A stretch of 63,910 nucleotides of DNA, counting the filler. It is 5 parts of 5 records of this genome, joined end to end, with 100 filler letters (N's around TTAATTAATTAA, not from the genome) between each part and the next. Parts side by side here need not be neighbours in the genome. Positions count along the whole stretch, not along the records: positions 18,729 to 33,319 come from SRR31156797_268; 4 more parts are not named here. The stretch is one strand, 5' to 3'. Both the position numbers and the translations under genes were made by a program. Below, one piece after another: positions 21,836 through 31,658 of the stretch. Below the pieces are notes generated by a model. It was not told the DNA's origin and ran no database searches. It saw only the letters and a program-made list of their open reading frames with translations. How positions within the stretch are numbered: position 1 is the stretch's first letter; every line of letters starts with the position of its first letter.

Positions 21836-22030
21836 TTTTATATAATTTAAATTTTAATTAGTCAAATTATGTAATCATAAATTTGGCTCTGTTTTTCTTT
21901 ATATACTTAAAAAAATTACTAATTAATTATTTAAAAATCACTTTTACTGTGTTATAATTATTAAGGTGTCAATGCAATGATAAATTTTTCGCTTGATATC
22001 GCGATCGTTATAGTTTTAGGAGGACTTATT

Positions 22031-22570
22031 GTGAATATTGATGATTTGTGTGTTTATAAAAAAGCTAACAATATATCAAATACTTTTATTACCTTTACAG
22101 GTCCCTTTTCTCAAGGGATTATTGTTGAATTAGGCTCGGCTATTAAACAATATATTTCTGCAAAGGAAAAAAACAAATCAAAAACTTATGATGTCTTTTC
22201 TGTCTTTATAGAACAAGCGCAAAATATAAATGAGTATCTACACTCTAAAAAAGATAATCCTTCGATATATAAGAAACTGTTTAATTCAGGAATAATTACT
22301 ATTGACGAAGTGGATAATCATTATGCAGTAACATCAGGTAATTTAGTTGAAAAAAGTGATGTTGATATCTTAAAAACAAAACTAGATAAACTAAATCAAT
22401 TAGATTATTCTGAAATAAAAAATCTACATAAAGAAATTCTTAAAAAACCTTTAGCCGATAAGGGATTGGGACTAGTTGAAATGATTAGAAAATCTAAATC
22501 TAATTTGGTATTTTCATTTACCGAAATTGATAAAGAATATTCTTTTTTTCAATTAGAAGTTCAGATATAA
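22031..22570 (+). CDS. siaB: SiaB family (DUF6272) kinase-like protein, copy 1
   Basis: FTGPFSQGII, VFSVFIEQAQNI, SGNLVE, KGLGLVEMIRK; GTG start after AGGAGG. Confidence 0.8.
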   Translation: MNIDDLCVYKKANNISNTFITFTGPFSQGIIVELGSAIKQYISAKEKNKSKTYDVFSVFIEQAQNINEYLHSKKDNPSIYKKLFNSGIITIDEVDNHYAVTSGNLVEKSDVDILKTKLDKLNQLDYSEIKNLHKEILKKPLADKGLGLVEMIRKSKSNLVFSFTEIDKEYSFFQLEVQI

Positions 22571-22672
22571 AGTTCAACAAATAACCATTTATATTATTTA
22601 ACTATAATTGATCTTAAATATACATAAAACCGAGATATTCGGTTATTTTTATTAAATTAAGGGGGGGGTAAA

Positions 22673-23224
22673 GTGAACGAAGGAAGATTATACGAACTAA
22701 AAAAGATTCAGGATAAATTTGGAGTCTTGATGAGTTTTGCTGGTCCTTTTTCACAAGGTATAATTGAAGAGTTTGGTGATGCAACAAAGGCATATATTGA
22801 TTTTGAAGAGGGGAATAAATCAATAAACTATAATGTCTTTTCAATTTATATTGAACAAACTCAAAATATTAGGAAATACATCGAATCAAAACTGAGTAAA
22901 CCTGATATTTATAGTGAAATTAACAAATCGGGAATTGTCACGATTAGCAAAAGAAATAATTATTTTGCAATTTGCTCTGGTAATTTAGTTGAAAATGCAG
23001 ATATTGACAATCTTCAAAGCAGTCTGGATCGAATTAAAGATCTTGATAGAACTCAACTAAAAGAACTATATAAAACTCAAAGAAAAAAAATTCTTGCTTC
23101 TGATGCTGATGGAGCCGGATTAGGTCTTATTGAAATGGCTAGAAAAGCCAGTACAAAAATTGAGTTTTCTTTTCAAAAGCAAGATGACAATTTTTCTTTT
23201 TTTTGCTTAGAAATTCTTGTTTAA
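22673..23224 (+). CDS. siaB: SiaB family kinase-like protein, copy 2
   Basis: FAGPFSQGIIEEFG, VFSIYIEQTQNIRKY, SGNLVE, GAGLGLIEMARK. Confidence 0.88.
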   Translation: MNEGRLYELKKIQDKFGVLMSFAGPFSQGIIEEFGDATKAYIDFEEGNKSINYNVFSIYIEQTQNIRKYIESKLSKPDIYSEINKSGIVTISKRNNYFAICSGNLVENADIDNLQSSLDRIKDLDRTQLKELYKTQRKKILASDADGAGLGLIEMARKASTKIEFSFQKQDDNFSFFCLEILV

Positions 23225-23256
23225 TTAACAGTATAAATTATTAGGAGGGATTCATT

Positions 23257-23640
23257 TTGAAGAATTTATTTATAGAAGCCACGAAATCAACACCGAAAGT
23301 TGAATTTTTAGTAGAGGAAAGTTTGTTTAGAATTGAAGGTCAATCTTATCCTGAAAATTCATTTAAATTTTATCAGCCAATTATTGAATGGCTGGAAGAT
23401 TATTTAGACCTTTCAAAAAACAAATCAACATTTGAATTTAATTTTTTATATTTAAATACAAGCAGCTCTAAATGTATAATGAATATCATCGATATCCTTG
23501 AGGATGCCCATAGTGATGGAAAGGATTTTGTTCTTAACTGGTATTACGATGAAGAAAATGAAAGTTTAGAAGAAGTAGCGGAAGAATTTAAAGAGGATAT
23601 AGAGTTTAATTTCAATATTATTCCTGTGAGAATAGACTAA
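23257..23640 (+). CDS. siaC: SiaC family (DUF1987) phosphoprotein
   Basis: ATKSTP, GQSYPEN, YLNTSSSK phosphosite motif, LNWYYD, AEEFKED. Confidence 0.9.
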   Translation: MKNLFIEATKSTPKVEFLVEESLFRIEGQSYPENSFKFYQPIIEWLEDYLDLSKNKSTFEFNFLYLNTSSSKCIMNIIDILEDAHSDGKDFVLNWYYDEENESLEEVAEEFKEDIEFNFNIIPVRID

Positions 23641-23683
23641 AATATTGAGTTTAACTTTTTCCTAAACGAAAGAAGGAGATTTA

Positions 23684-24379
23684 ATGTCATCTGATTTCCA
23701 ACGTGAACATGAAATTATTGATAAAGCAATAGAATTAATTGATAATACAGACAAATATAGCGAAATCGATTTTCCCGCGGAATATAAACTATTAACCAAA
23801 AACTACAAACGTTTATTACGACAAATTGTTAAATTGACAAATATTAGTGATAAATTACAAAAAAAATTAATCACTGCTCAAGATGATTTGAAAGAATTAA
23901 TTATCACTGATAGTTTAACGAAATTAAATAATAGAAGAAAACTTGACGAAACTCTCGCTCAAAAGGCTAAAATTTCCAATAAGAGCTTAGATCCATTTTC
24001 TGTTATTATTTTAGATATAGATAAATTCAAAGAAGTTAATGATTTCTATGGTCATCATATTGGAGACTCTGTTTTAGTTGAGTTCTCAAGACTTCTTTGT
24101 GAGAATATGCGGCCACGCGACATCCTAGGTAGATGGGGTGGAGAAGAGTTTATGGTTATTACTCCGGGATACACTTTAGAAGAAACTGCTGAATTTGCCG
24201 AACATCTTAGAGACCAAATTGAAAATTTCAATTTCTCAGTGGTTGGCAAAAAGACTGCGAGCTTCGGAGTTTCCCAGTTTAATAGTGGGGACGCCGTCGA
24301 AGAACTAATTATTCGTGCCGACGAAGCACTATATATTGCAAAAAAAAGCGGTAGAAATCGTGTAGAAACTTCACATTAA
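23684..24379 (+). CDS. siaD: SiaD-like diguanylate cyclase
   Basis: N-terminal helix LLRQIVKLTNISD, then TDSLT, DIDKFK, I-site RPRD, RWGGEEF; directly after siaC. Confidence 0.85.
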   Translation: MSSDFQREHEIIDKAIELIDNTDKYSEIDFPAEYKLLTKNYKRLLRQIVKLTNISDKLQKKLITAQDDLKELIITDSLTKLNNRRKLDETLAQKAKISNKSLDPFSVIILDIDKFKEVNDFYGHHIGDSVLVEFSRLLCENMRPRDILGRWGGEEFMVITPGYTLEETAEFAEHLRDQIENFNFSVVGKKTASFGVSQFNSGDAVEELIIRADEALYIAKKSGRNRVETSH

Positions 24380-24413
24380 GTATACTGAACTTAAGCAAGA
24401 AAGGAGAAGAAAC

Positions 24414-26465
24414 TTGGATAATTTATATATAGAAAGCACTAGTACAACTCCGGAAGTTTATTTTAATAAAAATAAAAATGTGCTAAAAATTGAAGGTCAG
24501 TCTTATCCTGAGAACGCTTTTAAATTTTATCAGCCTATTCTAGAATGGATAGAACGATACCTAGATGAATTAAATGAAAGAGCTATTTTTGAATTCTCTT
24601 TTCATTATTTAAATACAAGCAGTACAAAATGTATTATGAATATTATTGATCTCCTTGAGGACGCTTATGAAGAAGGAAGAGAACCAGTATTAAATTGGTA
24701 TTATGATGATAGCAATAAAGACATGCTTGAAATTGCACAAGAGTTTAAGGAGGATATTAGATTTAATTTTAATATTATTTCTTTAAATCAAAAATTGAAA
24801 GTACCAATGGAATTTAAAACTGAAAATGATACATTAAGTAATATTGAATATGTATTAAAAAAATACTCTAAAGAAAAGGAAACATCTCCTTTATTTACAG
24901 AATACCTGAAACTTGGAAAGAGTTTTAAAAAATTATTGAGACAAATTGTTAAGCTAACACATATTAGTGATAAACAGCAAGAACACTTGATTAAAACCAA
25001 AAAAGAATTAGAGGATAAAACTGCTTCATTAAGTACTCTACTCGATCACGCAGGACAGGGGTTTTTATCTTTTGGAAAAGATTTGATTATCAATAACGAA
25101 TACAGTATTGAGTGTGAGACAATTCTTGATTGCAATCCATCAGGTAAGAATTTCGTTGAACTTGTTTTTACTGATGATGAGAGTGAAAAGGTTTTGATAC
25201 ACAAATCATTGCTTAATATCATTGAATCATTCAAAACAAAAAATAAGCTTAAATTAAGTGTTTACTTGTCTTTATTACCTGAATTGACTATTATTAACAA
25301 CAAACATATTAAGCTAGAATATAAATTATTAGAAAAAAGTAGTAAAATAATGGTTATCTTAACGGATATATCTGAGAAAATTGAGTTTGAGAAAAAACTT
25401 GAAGAAGAAGATAGAATCTTAAGAGTTACAGTTAATTTAATCGCAAATCAATCAATTATCAAAGAGTTATTTCAAGCCTACAAAAACTTCTTTTGTAAAG
25501 CTGCGGAGAAATCTAACATAACTAAAGATGAGCTACAGGAACTTTATAGAACGATTCATACTTTCAAAGGTACATTTGCGCAACACTACCTATTTTTTAC
25601 TTCAAAAGCGTTACACAACCTTGAAAGCGAATTAAAAGAACTTGTCTCTAATTTTGAAGTAACTGAAACAAACAAGATTATTGAAACTTTTAAAACTTTT
25701 CCATTTCAAGAAGAGTTTAAACGAGATCTTGTGGAATCAGAAAAACTTTTAGGTGAAAATTTCTTTAACTTAGAAGATAATAAAAAATTAATTTTAATTG
25801 ATAAATTAGAGATTGCTCAAATAAAATCAATGATCAAACCACATATGACATATGAAGAGCTGCTTGAACTTAGAGGCAATTTAGATAAGTTGACTTTTAT
25901 TTCATTAAAAGAGACTCTAAAAACTTTTTCCAGTTACATTCAGTCTCAAGCAACCTATTTTGAAAAAGATCTTGAGGATTTAAAGGTTATTGGCGATGAT
26001 ATCAAAGTTAATTCTGAGAAATATCGGCCAATCCTTGACGCAATCGGTCATCTGTTTAGAAATTCAATTATACATGGAATTGAAACACCTTATGAAAGAA
26101 TTGCAAAAGGAAAATCTGAAAAGGGGCAAATTACTTGTTCATTAAGTATGGAAAAAGAAAATATATGCCTTTCTATTTCTGATAATGGTAAAGGAATTGA
26201 TTCGGAATTAATTAAAAATCGGCTGTTTGATGAGGGCAATTTAGAAACATCTGTTATAGAACAAATGACAAAGCAAGAGTTAATAGATTATATTTTTGTT
26301 GAAGATTTTTCAACTTCAGAAAACGTTACTGATATTGCCGGTCGAGGTGTTGGTTTAACAGAAATCAAGTCAAAAGTCGAAAACTTTGGTGGAAGTGTTG
26401 AAATAAACACGGAGAAAGATAAGGGAACTGAGTTTAAACTAATTCTTCCATTTTATCAAAATTAA
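24414..26465 (+). CDS. fusion of SiaC domain + SiaD-like N-helix + PAS-like + Hpt + CheA-like HATPase
   Basis: aa 1-125 SiaC (GQSYPEN, YLNTSS); LLRQIVKLTHISD; LYRTIHTFKG (Hpt His); HLFRNSIIHGIE, DNGKG, FSTSENVTDIAGRGVGL. Confidence 0.88.
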   Translation: MDNLYIESTSTTPEVYFNKNKNVLKIEGQSYPENAFKFYQPILEWIERYLDELNERAIFEFSFHYLNTSSTKCIMNIIDLLEDAYEEGREPVLNWYYDDSNKDMLEIAQEFKEDIRFNFNIISLNQKLKVPMEFKTENDTLSNIEYVLKKYSKEKETSPLFTEYLKLGKSFKKLLRQIVKLTHISDKQQEHLIKTKKELEDKTASLSTLLDHAGQGFLSFGKDLIINNEYSIECETILDCNPSGKNFVELVFTDDESEKVLIHKSLLNIIESFKTKNKLKLSVYLSLLPELTIINNKHIKLEYKLLEKSSKIMVILTDISEKIEFEKKLEEEDRILRVTVNLIANQSIIKELFQAYKNFFCKAAEKSNITKDELQELYRTIHTFKGTFAQHYLFFTSKALHNLESELKELVSNFEVTETNKIIETFKTFPFQEEFKRDLVESEKLLGENFFNLEDNKKLILIDKLEIAQIKSMIKPHMTYEELLELRGNLDKLTFISLKETLKTFSSYIQSQATYFEKDLEDLKVIGDDIKVNSEKYRPILDAIGHLFRNSIIHGIETPYERIAKGKSEKGQITCSLSMEKENICLSISDNGKGIDSELIKNRLFDEGNLETSVIEQMTKQELIDYIFVEDFSTSENVTDIAGRGVGLTEIKSKVENFGGSVEINTEKDKGTEFKLILPFYQN

Positions 26466-26519
26466 ATATTTGTCTTGATATTTGTTTCTTTTCAAAGCTA
26501 TAAAAGGGATGATGTTGGT

Positions 26520-27599
26520 ATGAATGAAAAAATTCTTGAAGAGAATAAAAATTTAAAAGAAAAAGTAAATTTATTAAAAAAAGAGATGTTAAAAAATAAA
26601 CTTGAATTTGAAACTAAAAATGGTAATTTGAATAGAATTATGGATCTGTTTAATTTAATTAGCTCTGAAACTAATTTAAAAAAAATAATTCAAACTGTTT
26701 TTAATTATTTAAATAATATCATTCCTTTTGATACTGCCACATTAGTTCTTAAGAGTAATGATGATCGTTTTTTATATCAAACTATAATTAAAAATGAAAA
26801 AAAACTTTTTAGTACACCAAAACATGAAAATAAGTTATCTGAATTTTTATTAGATTTAGTTTATAATAATAAACAATCTATTTTAGCAAAAAATTTTGAT
26901 GAGCTTCTACAATTAACAGAAAATAACGTTGCTCTTCAATCAACATCTTCATGTTTTGCAATCCCCGTATATTACGAAAATACAGAGGAAAATTTTGTTT
27001 TAGTTTGTGAAAGTAAAACTAGTGAAGTATATACAGAAAAAGAAGTATTTGAGATAATTAATCTCTTAAACGGAATAAGCGGCGTTATTAAGAATGCGCT
27101 TGAATTTTCTAATATGAATGAACGAATTACTAAAGACGAACTTACTAAAGTCTTTAATAGAAAATATTTTTTACTCTCTCTTGATAAAGAGATTAAGCAC
27201 GCTAATGAAACCGGCGCTGATTTTACAGTAGTAATTACTGATGTTGACTGCTTTAAAAATATTAACTCTAAAAACACTCATTTTTTTGGTGACAAGGTTC
27301 TTGAGCACATTTCCAGACTCTTAGCCAGAACTTTACGTAGTATGGATATTTTAGCCAGATACGGAGGAGAGGAGTTCATAATTCTTTTGCCAAATACAAC
27401 AGCTAAAACAGCACAATCAATTTGCGAAAGACTTAGAAGACTAATAGAAAACAAAACACGTTTAACTTTAAGTTTTGGTATTGCAACATATCACTCTAAA
27501 CGATCCGATATAGACATTGTTTCCAGAGCTGATTTGGCATTAGCTGAAGCTAAAAAAAATGGAAAAAATAAAGTTATTTATTATGAGAATATAATATAA
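26520..27599 (+). CDS. GAF-GGDEF diguanylate cyclase
   Basis: Coiled coil, GAF-like region, DELT, I-site RSMD, RYGGEEF. Confidence 0.87.
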   Translation: MNEKILEENKNLKEKVNLLKKEMLKNKLEFETKNGNLNRIMDLFNLISSETNLKKIIQTVFNYLNNIIPFDTATLVLKSNDDRFLYQTIIKNEKKLFSTPKHENKLSEFLLDLVYNNKQSILAKNFDELLQLTENNVALQSTSSCFAIPVYYENTEENFVLVCESKTSEVYTEKEVFEIINLLNGISGVIKNALEFSNMNERITKDELTKVFNRKYFLLSLDKEIKHANETGADFTVVITDVDCFKNINSKNTHFFGDKVLEHISRLLARTLRSMDILARYGGEEFIILLPNTTAKTAQSICERLRRLIENKTRLTLSFGIATYHSKRSDIDIVSRADLALAEAKKNGKNKVIYYENII

Positions 27600-27628
27600 A
27601 AAAAATCAGCCAAGGGCTGATTTTTTTT
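27598..27628. terminator. bidirectional intrinsic terminator
   Basis: AAAAATCAGCC-AAG-GGCTGATTTTT between convergent genes. Confidence 0.8.
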
Positions 27629-28364
27629 ATATTAAAATGCTATTTTTTTGAATATACTCTCTTACAAATTCTAAATCTTCTGCTGTATCTACACCAATAA
27701 TTTTTTCTGTTGTTTCTATAACTTTAATTTTATATCCATTTTCCAGAACTCTTAATTGCTCAAGTGATTCAGATTTTTCATTTGGAGTTTGAGCTAATTT
27801 TGAATACTCTATAACAAAATCTCCTTTGTATCCATATACTCCAACATGCCTAAAGTAATTCTTGATATCTTCATGTCTAGGATATGGTATCGGACTTCTT
27901 GAAAAATAGATTGCATAATCATCTTTATCGGTAATTACTTTTACTGCATTTGGATTATTAACTTCTTCCATATTATCAATTTTATGTTTTAGCGTCCCCA
28001 TTTTGAGTTCAGGTTCTTTTACAAATACATCAATAAGTGAATTGATTATTCCAATTTCAATTAATGGTTCATCTCCCTGTACATTTATAATTACATCATA
28101 GTCAGGATATTTTTCAGCAACTTCCGCTATCCTGTCAGTACCTGTATTATGATCAGCTGAAGTCATAACTGCTTCTCCACCGAAACGTTCAATTTCATCA
28201 AAAATTCTAATGTCATCAGTTGCAACTACTAATTTATCTAAGTTAGATTTCAAAGCTCTTTTATATACCCATTCTATCATTGAATGACCACATATGTCCT
28301 TTAAAGGTTTTCCTTCTAATCTGGTTGAACCATATCTTGCAGGTATTACTCCTAAAAATTTCAT
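27627..28364 (-). CDS. kdsB: CMP-KDO synthetase
   Basis: IPARYGSTRL.GKPL, GTDRIAE, NVQGDEP, YFSRSPIP, LEQLRVLENG. Confidence 0.95.
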   Translation of the reverse strand: MKFLGVIPARYGSTRLEGKPLKDICGHSMIEWVYKRALKSNLDKLVVATDDIRIFDEIERFGGEAVMTSADHNTGTDRIAEVAEKYPDYDVIINVQGDEPLIEIGIINSLIDVFVKEPELKMGTLKHKIDNMEEVNNPNAVKVITDKDDYAIYFSRSPIPYPRHEDIKNYFRHVGVYGYKGDFVIEYSKLAQTPNEKSESLEQLRVLENGYKIKVIETTEKIIGVDTAEDLEFVREYIQKNSILI

Positions 28365-28366
28365 AA

Positions 28367-29221
28367 TTACTTCCTCCATCTCTTATGAAACCACATCCAC
28401 TGTTCCGGATATTTTGTCATAATTTCTTCAAATCTACTTACCATTTTGTCTATGTTTACTTCCATGTCTTTTTCTTTATCACCTGTTTTTTCCACTTCGA
28501 AACCTTTTTCAAAGTGAAGTGAAACAGTATTATCTTCATTAATTTCATTATATAGGAAAATAACCGGTGCTCCGTATCTTAATGCCAGACTTACTGCACC
28601 AGGTGATACTTTCGTTTTTCTACCAAAGAAATCTGTTTCTAGCCCTTTCATATCATAATGATCAGACACCAGATAAACGGATTCTTTATTCCTAAGAGCT
28701 TTTACAATAGTTCTCATGCTCTTATCACCACGGTATACAACATGATATCCAACACTTTCTCTGATATCTTGCAGGTACTGACTCATCAACGGATTTTTTT
28801 GCTTTCTGGCAACTGAATTAATTTTTACTTTTTCAGTGGTTCTTACACTTGCATCCAGACATCCCATATGCATGGATATTATTATTAAACCTTTATTTTG
28901 GGCTAATGCTTCATCTATTACTTCTTCATTAACAAAACTAGCTTTTTCAGGACTTTTGAAATCCTTTAGCCAAAATGTCATTACAAAACCTTTTAATACA
29001 TTTTTATATGATGCTATTGAAATTCTTTCTAACTCATCAGCTGAAATATCCGGGAAAGCTATTTTTAAATTTTTATGAGTTATCTCTCTTCTGGATTTTA
29101 ATGTTTTATAAGTTAGTACAGCTATTCCTTCTATAAGCTTATATCTTAATTTTTCGGGAATTGCTCTTAGTAAGTTAACTAATATTTTAATAATAGTCAT
29201 CTCAAATTTAAATTTAAACAT
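28367..29221 (-). CDS. lipid A late acyltransferase (LpxL/HtrB family)
   Basis: H-x4-D motif HMGCLD, FFG, PEQWMWFHKRW. Confidence 0.85.
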   Translation of the reverse strand: MFKFKFEMTIIKILVNLLRAIPEKLRYKLIEGIAVLTYKTLKSRREITHKNLKIAFPDISADELERISIASYKNVLKGFVMTFWLKDFKSPEKASFVNEEVIDEALAQNKGLIIISMHMGCLDASVRTTEKVKINSVARKQKNPLMSQYLQDIRESVGYHVVYRGDKSMRTIVKALRNKESVYLVSDHYDMKGLETDFFGRKTKVSPGAVSLALRYGAPVIFLYNEINEDNTVSLHFEKGFEVEKTGDKEKDMEVNIDKMVSRFEEIMTKYPEQWMWFHKRWRK

Positions 29222-29415
29222 ACTTTCAACTCCTTATTTTTGTCAATATATAATAGCATATTTATATTATTAAATCAATTAATCTCAAATTAGAATAAAC
29301 AGCAATTTTTTAAAATTATCCCACTCAAATGTGTTAATAAATAGTGATGAAACTTGTAATTGTGAATTAAATAAAGTATAATAACATTAGAAAAATTAGG
29401 GGAAGGTGTTGTACT

Positions 29416-30834
29416 ATGAAAAAATTGTTACTATTCTTAATAATTCTTACTCTTTACTCATGTCAAAGAACTCAACCGGTTCAAGTTGAATCTACAGATG
29501 TCGAGAAAAAAGTCATGATTGTATCACAAGTAGGTCTAGAAGATCTCGGTATCAAAGAGGTTAAAAAAAGTAAAAAAGCTGATTGGTATAAAAATTTCAG
29601 TGGTTTTAGAGAAAATTTTAAACAAATAAAATTAAATTCTGACGTTTTCCTCGGTATTAGTGGTGTTTACCTTAATCAAGAAGATGCTATGAATGCAGCA
29701 AGACAAAATGGTGAAGCAAATATCAAAAATAGTTTAGCTATATCAAGTTCAACAAAAGAAAACTTTGGAAACATCATTGATTCTGTATTAGAGATCCATA
29801 AAGTTAAGTATAATGGTGAAGTTACAACAGGTTATAAATATAACCTGCTTTTAGAAGTTAATAAAGTTAGTGCTTTTCAAGTAATTGATGAAAAAAATAA
29901 ACAGATTGAAGAAGCAAAACAAGCTGTTCAAAAAAAAGTAAGACAAGCTGAAGAACATGAAGTTGATGGTGATATCGCTCTTAAAACTAAATCTTATGCT
30001 AAAGCTATAATTCATTACAAAAATGCCCAGGCAATTTATGAAGAAACAGATAGTGTTGAGCAAGAAGAAAAAGTAAGAGAAAAAATCTATATGACAAAAG
30101 AGCTTCAAGCTAAAGAAAAAATGTTATTCGAAGCAGAAAGAAAAAATAAACTTAAAGAGATTAACGAACTTGAAATCAAAAGATCGTTGAATGAGTTTGA
30201 ATTAGCCCAATTGAAACAACTTTATCTTGATACCAGACAACTTAAAAAAGCTGAAGAAACAGAAGAGAGATTACAAAAAGTTTTAACAAGAAAAGATATT
30301 GCGAATAAACAAGCCACTATGAGAGAATATATTAGAAGTATTACCGGTAATGCTTATGAAGAAAATAATTATACTGCTTACTATAATAACTACAAAAAAT
30401 ATTTTCCAAGCGAGGATTTGGACTCTTTACTTCTAAAAAATGACATTATAGATGAAATATCTGAAGGCTCACTAGTTGTTCTATTCGATAAGAGTTATTT
30501 CCGAAATAAATACTTAAATTTATTTACAAATGTTTTAGCATATAAGTATGGTAAATTTATTAAAATGGAAGTAAAAGAGGATAATTTTGATACGAATCTG
30601 ATTTATAAATATAAGTCATGGAATATTATTTCAGTTAATTCAATTAATCTAGTTGCTGAAAAAGGTCGATATGGTTATCGTGGGGTGTTTGCAGTTACAT
30701 ATAATTATGCTGACTTTAAAAATGGACTATCTAATCTAATTAACGTTCCGGCAACGAGAAGTCGACACACTGATCACGAAACACCTGAACAAGCACTAAC
30801 TCAAGTAATAGACAATGAATTAAGTGGAAGGTGA
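29416..30834 (+). CDS. hypothetical lipoprotein (LPP20-like region, TPR/coiled coil)
   Basis: Lipobox LYSC; GISGVYLNQEDAMNAARQNG; TPR-like YAKAIIHYKNA. Confidence 0.6.
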   Translation: MKKLLLFLIILTLYSCQRTQPVQVESTDVEKKVMIVSQVGLEDLGIKEVKKSKKADWYKNFSGFRENFKQIKLNSDVFLGISGVYLNQEDAMNAARQNGEANIKNSLAISSSTKENFGNIIDSVLEIHKVKYNGEVTTGYKYNLLLEVNKVSAFQVIDEKNKQIEEAKQAVQKKVRQAEEHEVDGDIALKTKSYAKAIIHYKNAQAIYEETDSVEQEEKVREKIYMTKELQAKEKMLFEAERKNKLKEINELEIKRSLNEFELAQLKQLYLDTRQLKKAEETEERLQKVLTRKDIANKQATMREYIRSITGNAYEENNYTAYYNNYKKYFPSEDLDSLLLKNDIIDEISEGSLVVLFDKSYFRNKYLNLFTNVLAYKYGKFIKMEVKEDNFDTNLIYKYKSWNIISVNSINLVAEKGRYGYRGVFAVTYNYADFKNGLSNLINVPATRSRHTDHETPEQALTQVIDNELSGR

Positions 30835-30838
30835 TAAC

Positions 30839-31534
30839 ATGAAAAAATTATTTCCAATACTATTTTTAATCACTACAATTTTGTGTTTTGGAATAGAAAT
30901 CAGAAGTAATGAAATCAATGATAAATTTAAAGACAGTATAGAAAAAGTCGGAGAGTTATTAATAGTTAAATTTAAATTTGAACATTTTGAAAAAAAGGAT
31001 TTAGATATCGGTTTTCATTCACTTGAATATGAAGAAGATGAAGATGAAAACGAAGAGATCAATGAGAAAATTACTGATTATCTGAAAGAGTATCTAACTT
31101 TAAATGGAAAAGATCTCGAATTAAATATTATCAATGAAGATTATGACGAGATCACTGAAGTTTTAGCGAAAGAACGAGACGAAAAGTATGAGGATGTAAG
31201 ATTATTTGGAGATTTGAAAAAAACCAAATATCTAATCACAGTTAAAACAAATGATTTTGAATATAGTAATAATTTTTATCTAAAAGAGGAGTTAGAATTT
31301 GATTTAACTGTCGAGTTAACAAACGTCGCAACCGGTGAAGTAATGATTACTAAAACTGAGAACTTTGATTTTGCTCAAAAAATAGAAAAAATTTATGTAA
31401 TAATTATTTCTGTTATCATGTTTTTAATAGGAATCTTCATCTCCTTTTTGACGCACAAATACTATACACTAAAAATCATGTTTTATGATATAATCCTAAT
31501 TACTATATTGAATTTATACTATTATATGATCTAA
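30839..31534 (+). CDS. hypothetical exported protein with two C-terminal TM helices
   Basis: Signal peptide; LTVELTNVATGEV resembles CsgG/FlgO-type strands; hydrophobic C-terminus. Confidence 0.6.
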   Translation: MKKLFPILFLITTILCFGIEIRSNEINDKFKDSIEKVGELLIVKFKFEHFEKKDLDIGFHSLEYEEDEDENEEINEKITDYLKEYLTLNGKDLELNIINEDYDEITEVLAKERDEKYEDVRLFGDLKKTKYLITVKTNDFEYSNNFYLKEELEFDLTVELTNVATGEVMITKTENFDFAQKIEKIYVIIISVIMFLIGIFISFLTHKYYTLKIMFYDIILITILNLYYYMI

Positions 31535-31595
31535 TATCTTAATTTATAAAAAAAATCTTCAAGTTTATACTTTCCCAATACATAAAATAAAAACG

Positions 31596-31628
31596 ACCCC
31601 TTTAAAAATCAAGGGGTCAATCTTTTTT
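31596..31628 (+). terminator. intrinsic terminator-like hairpin
   Basis: GACCCCTT...AAGGGGTC followed by a T-run. Confidence 0.55.
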
Positions 31629-31658
31629 CAATAACAAATTATTCCTACGGAGGATTTA

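Noticed and set aside
24414-26465. Calling the kinase a true chemotaxis CheA
   Set aside because: No N-terminal P1/P2 or CheW domain and no che genes nearby
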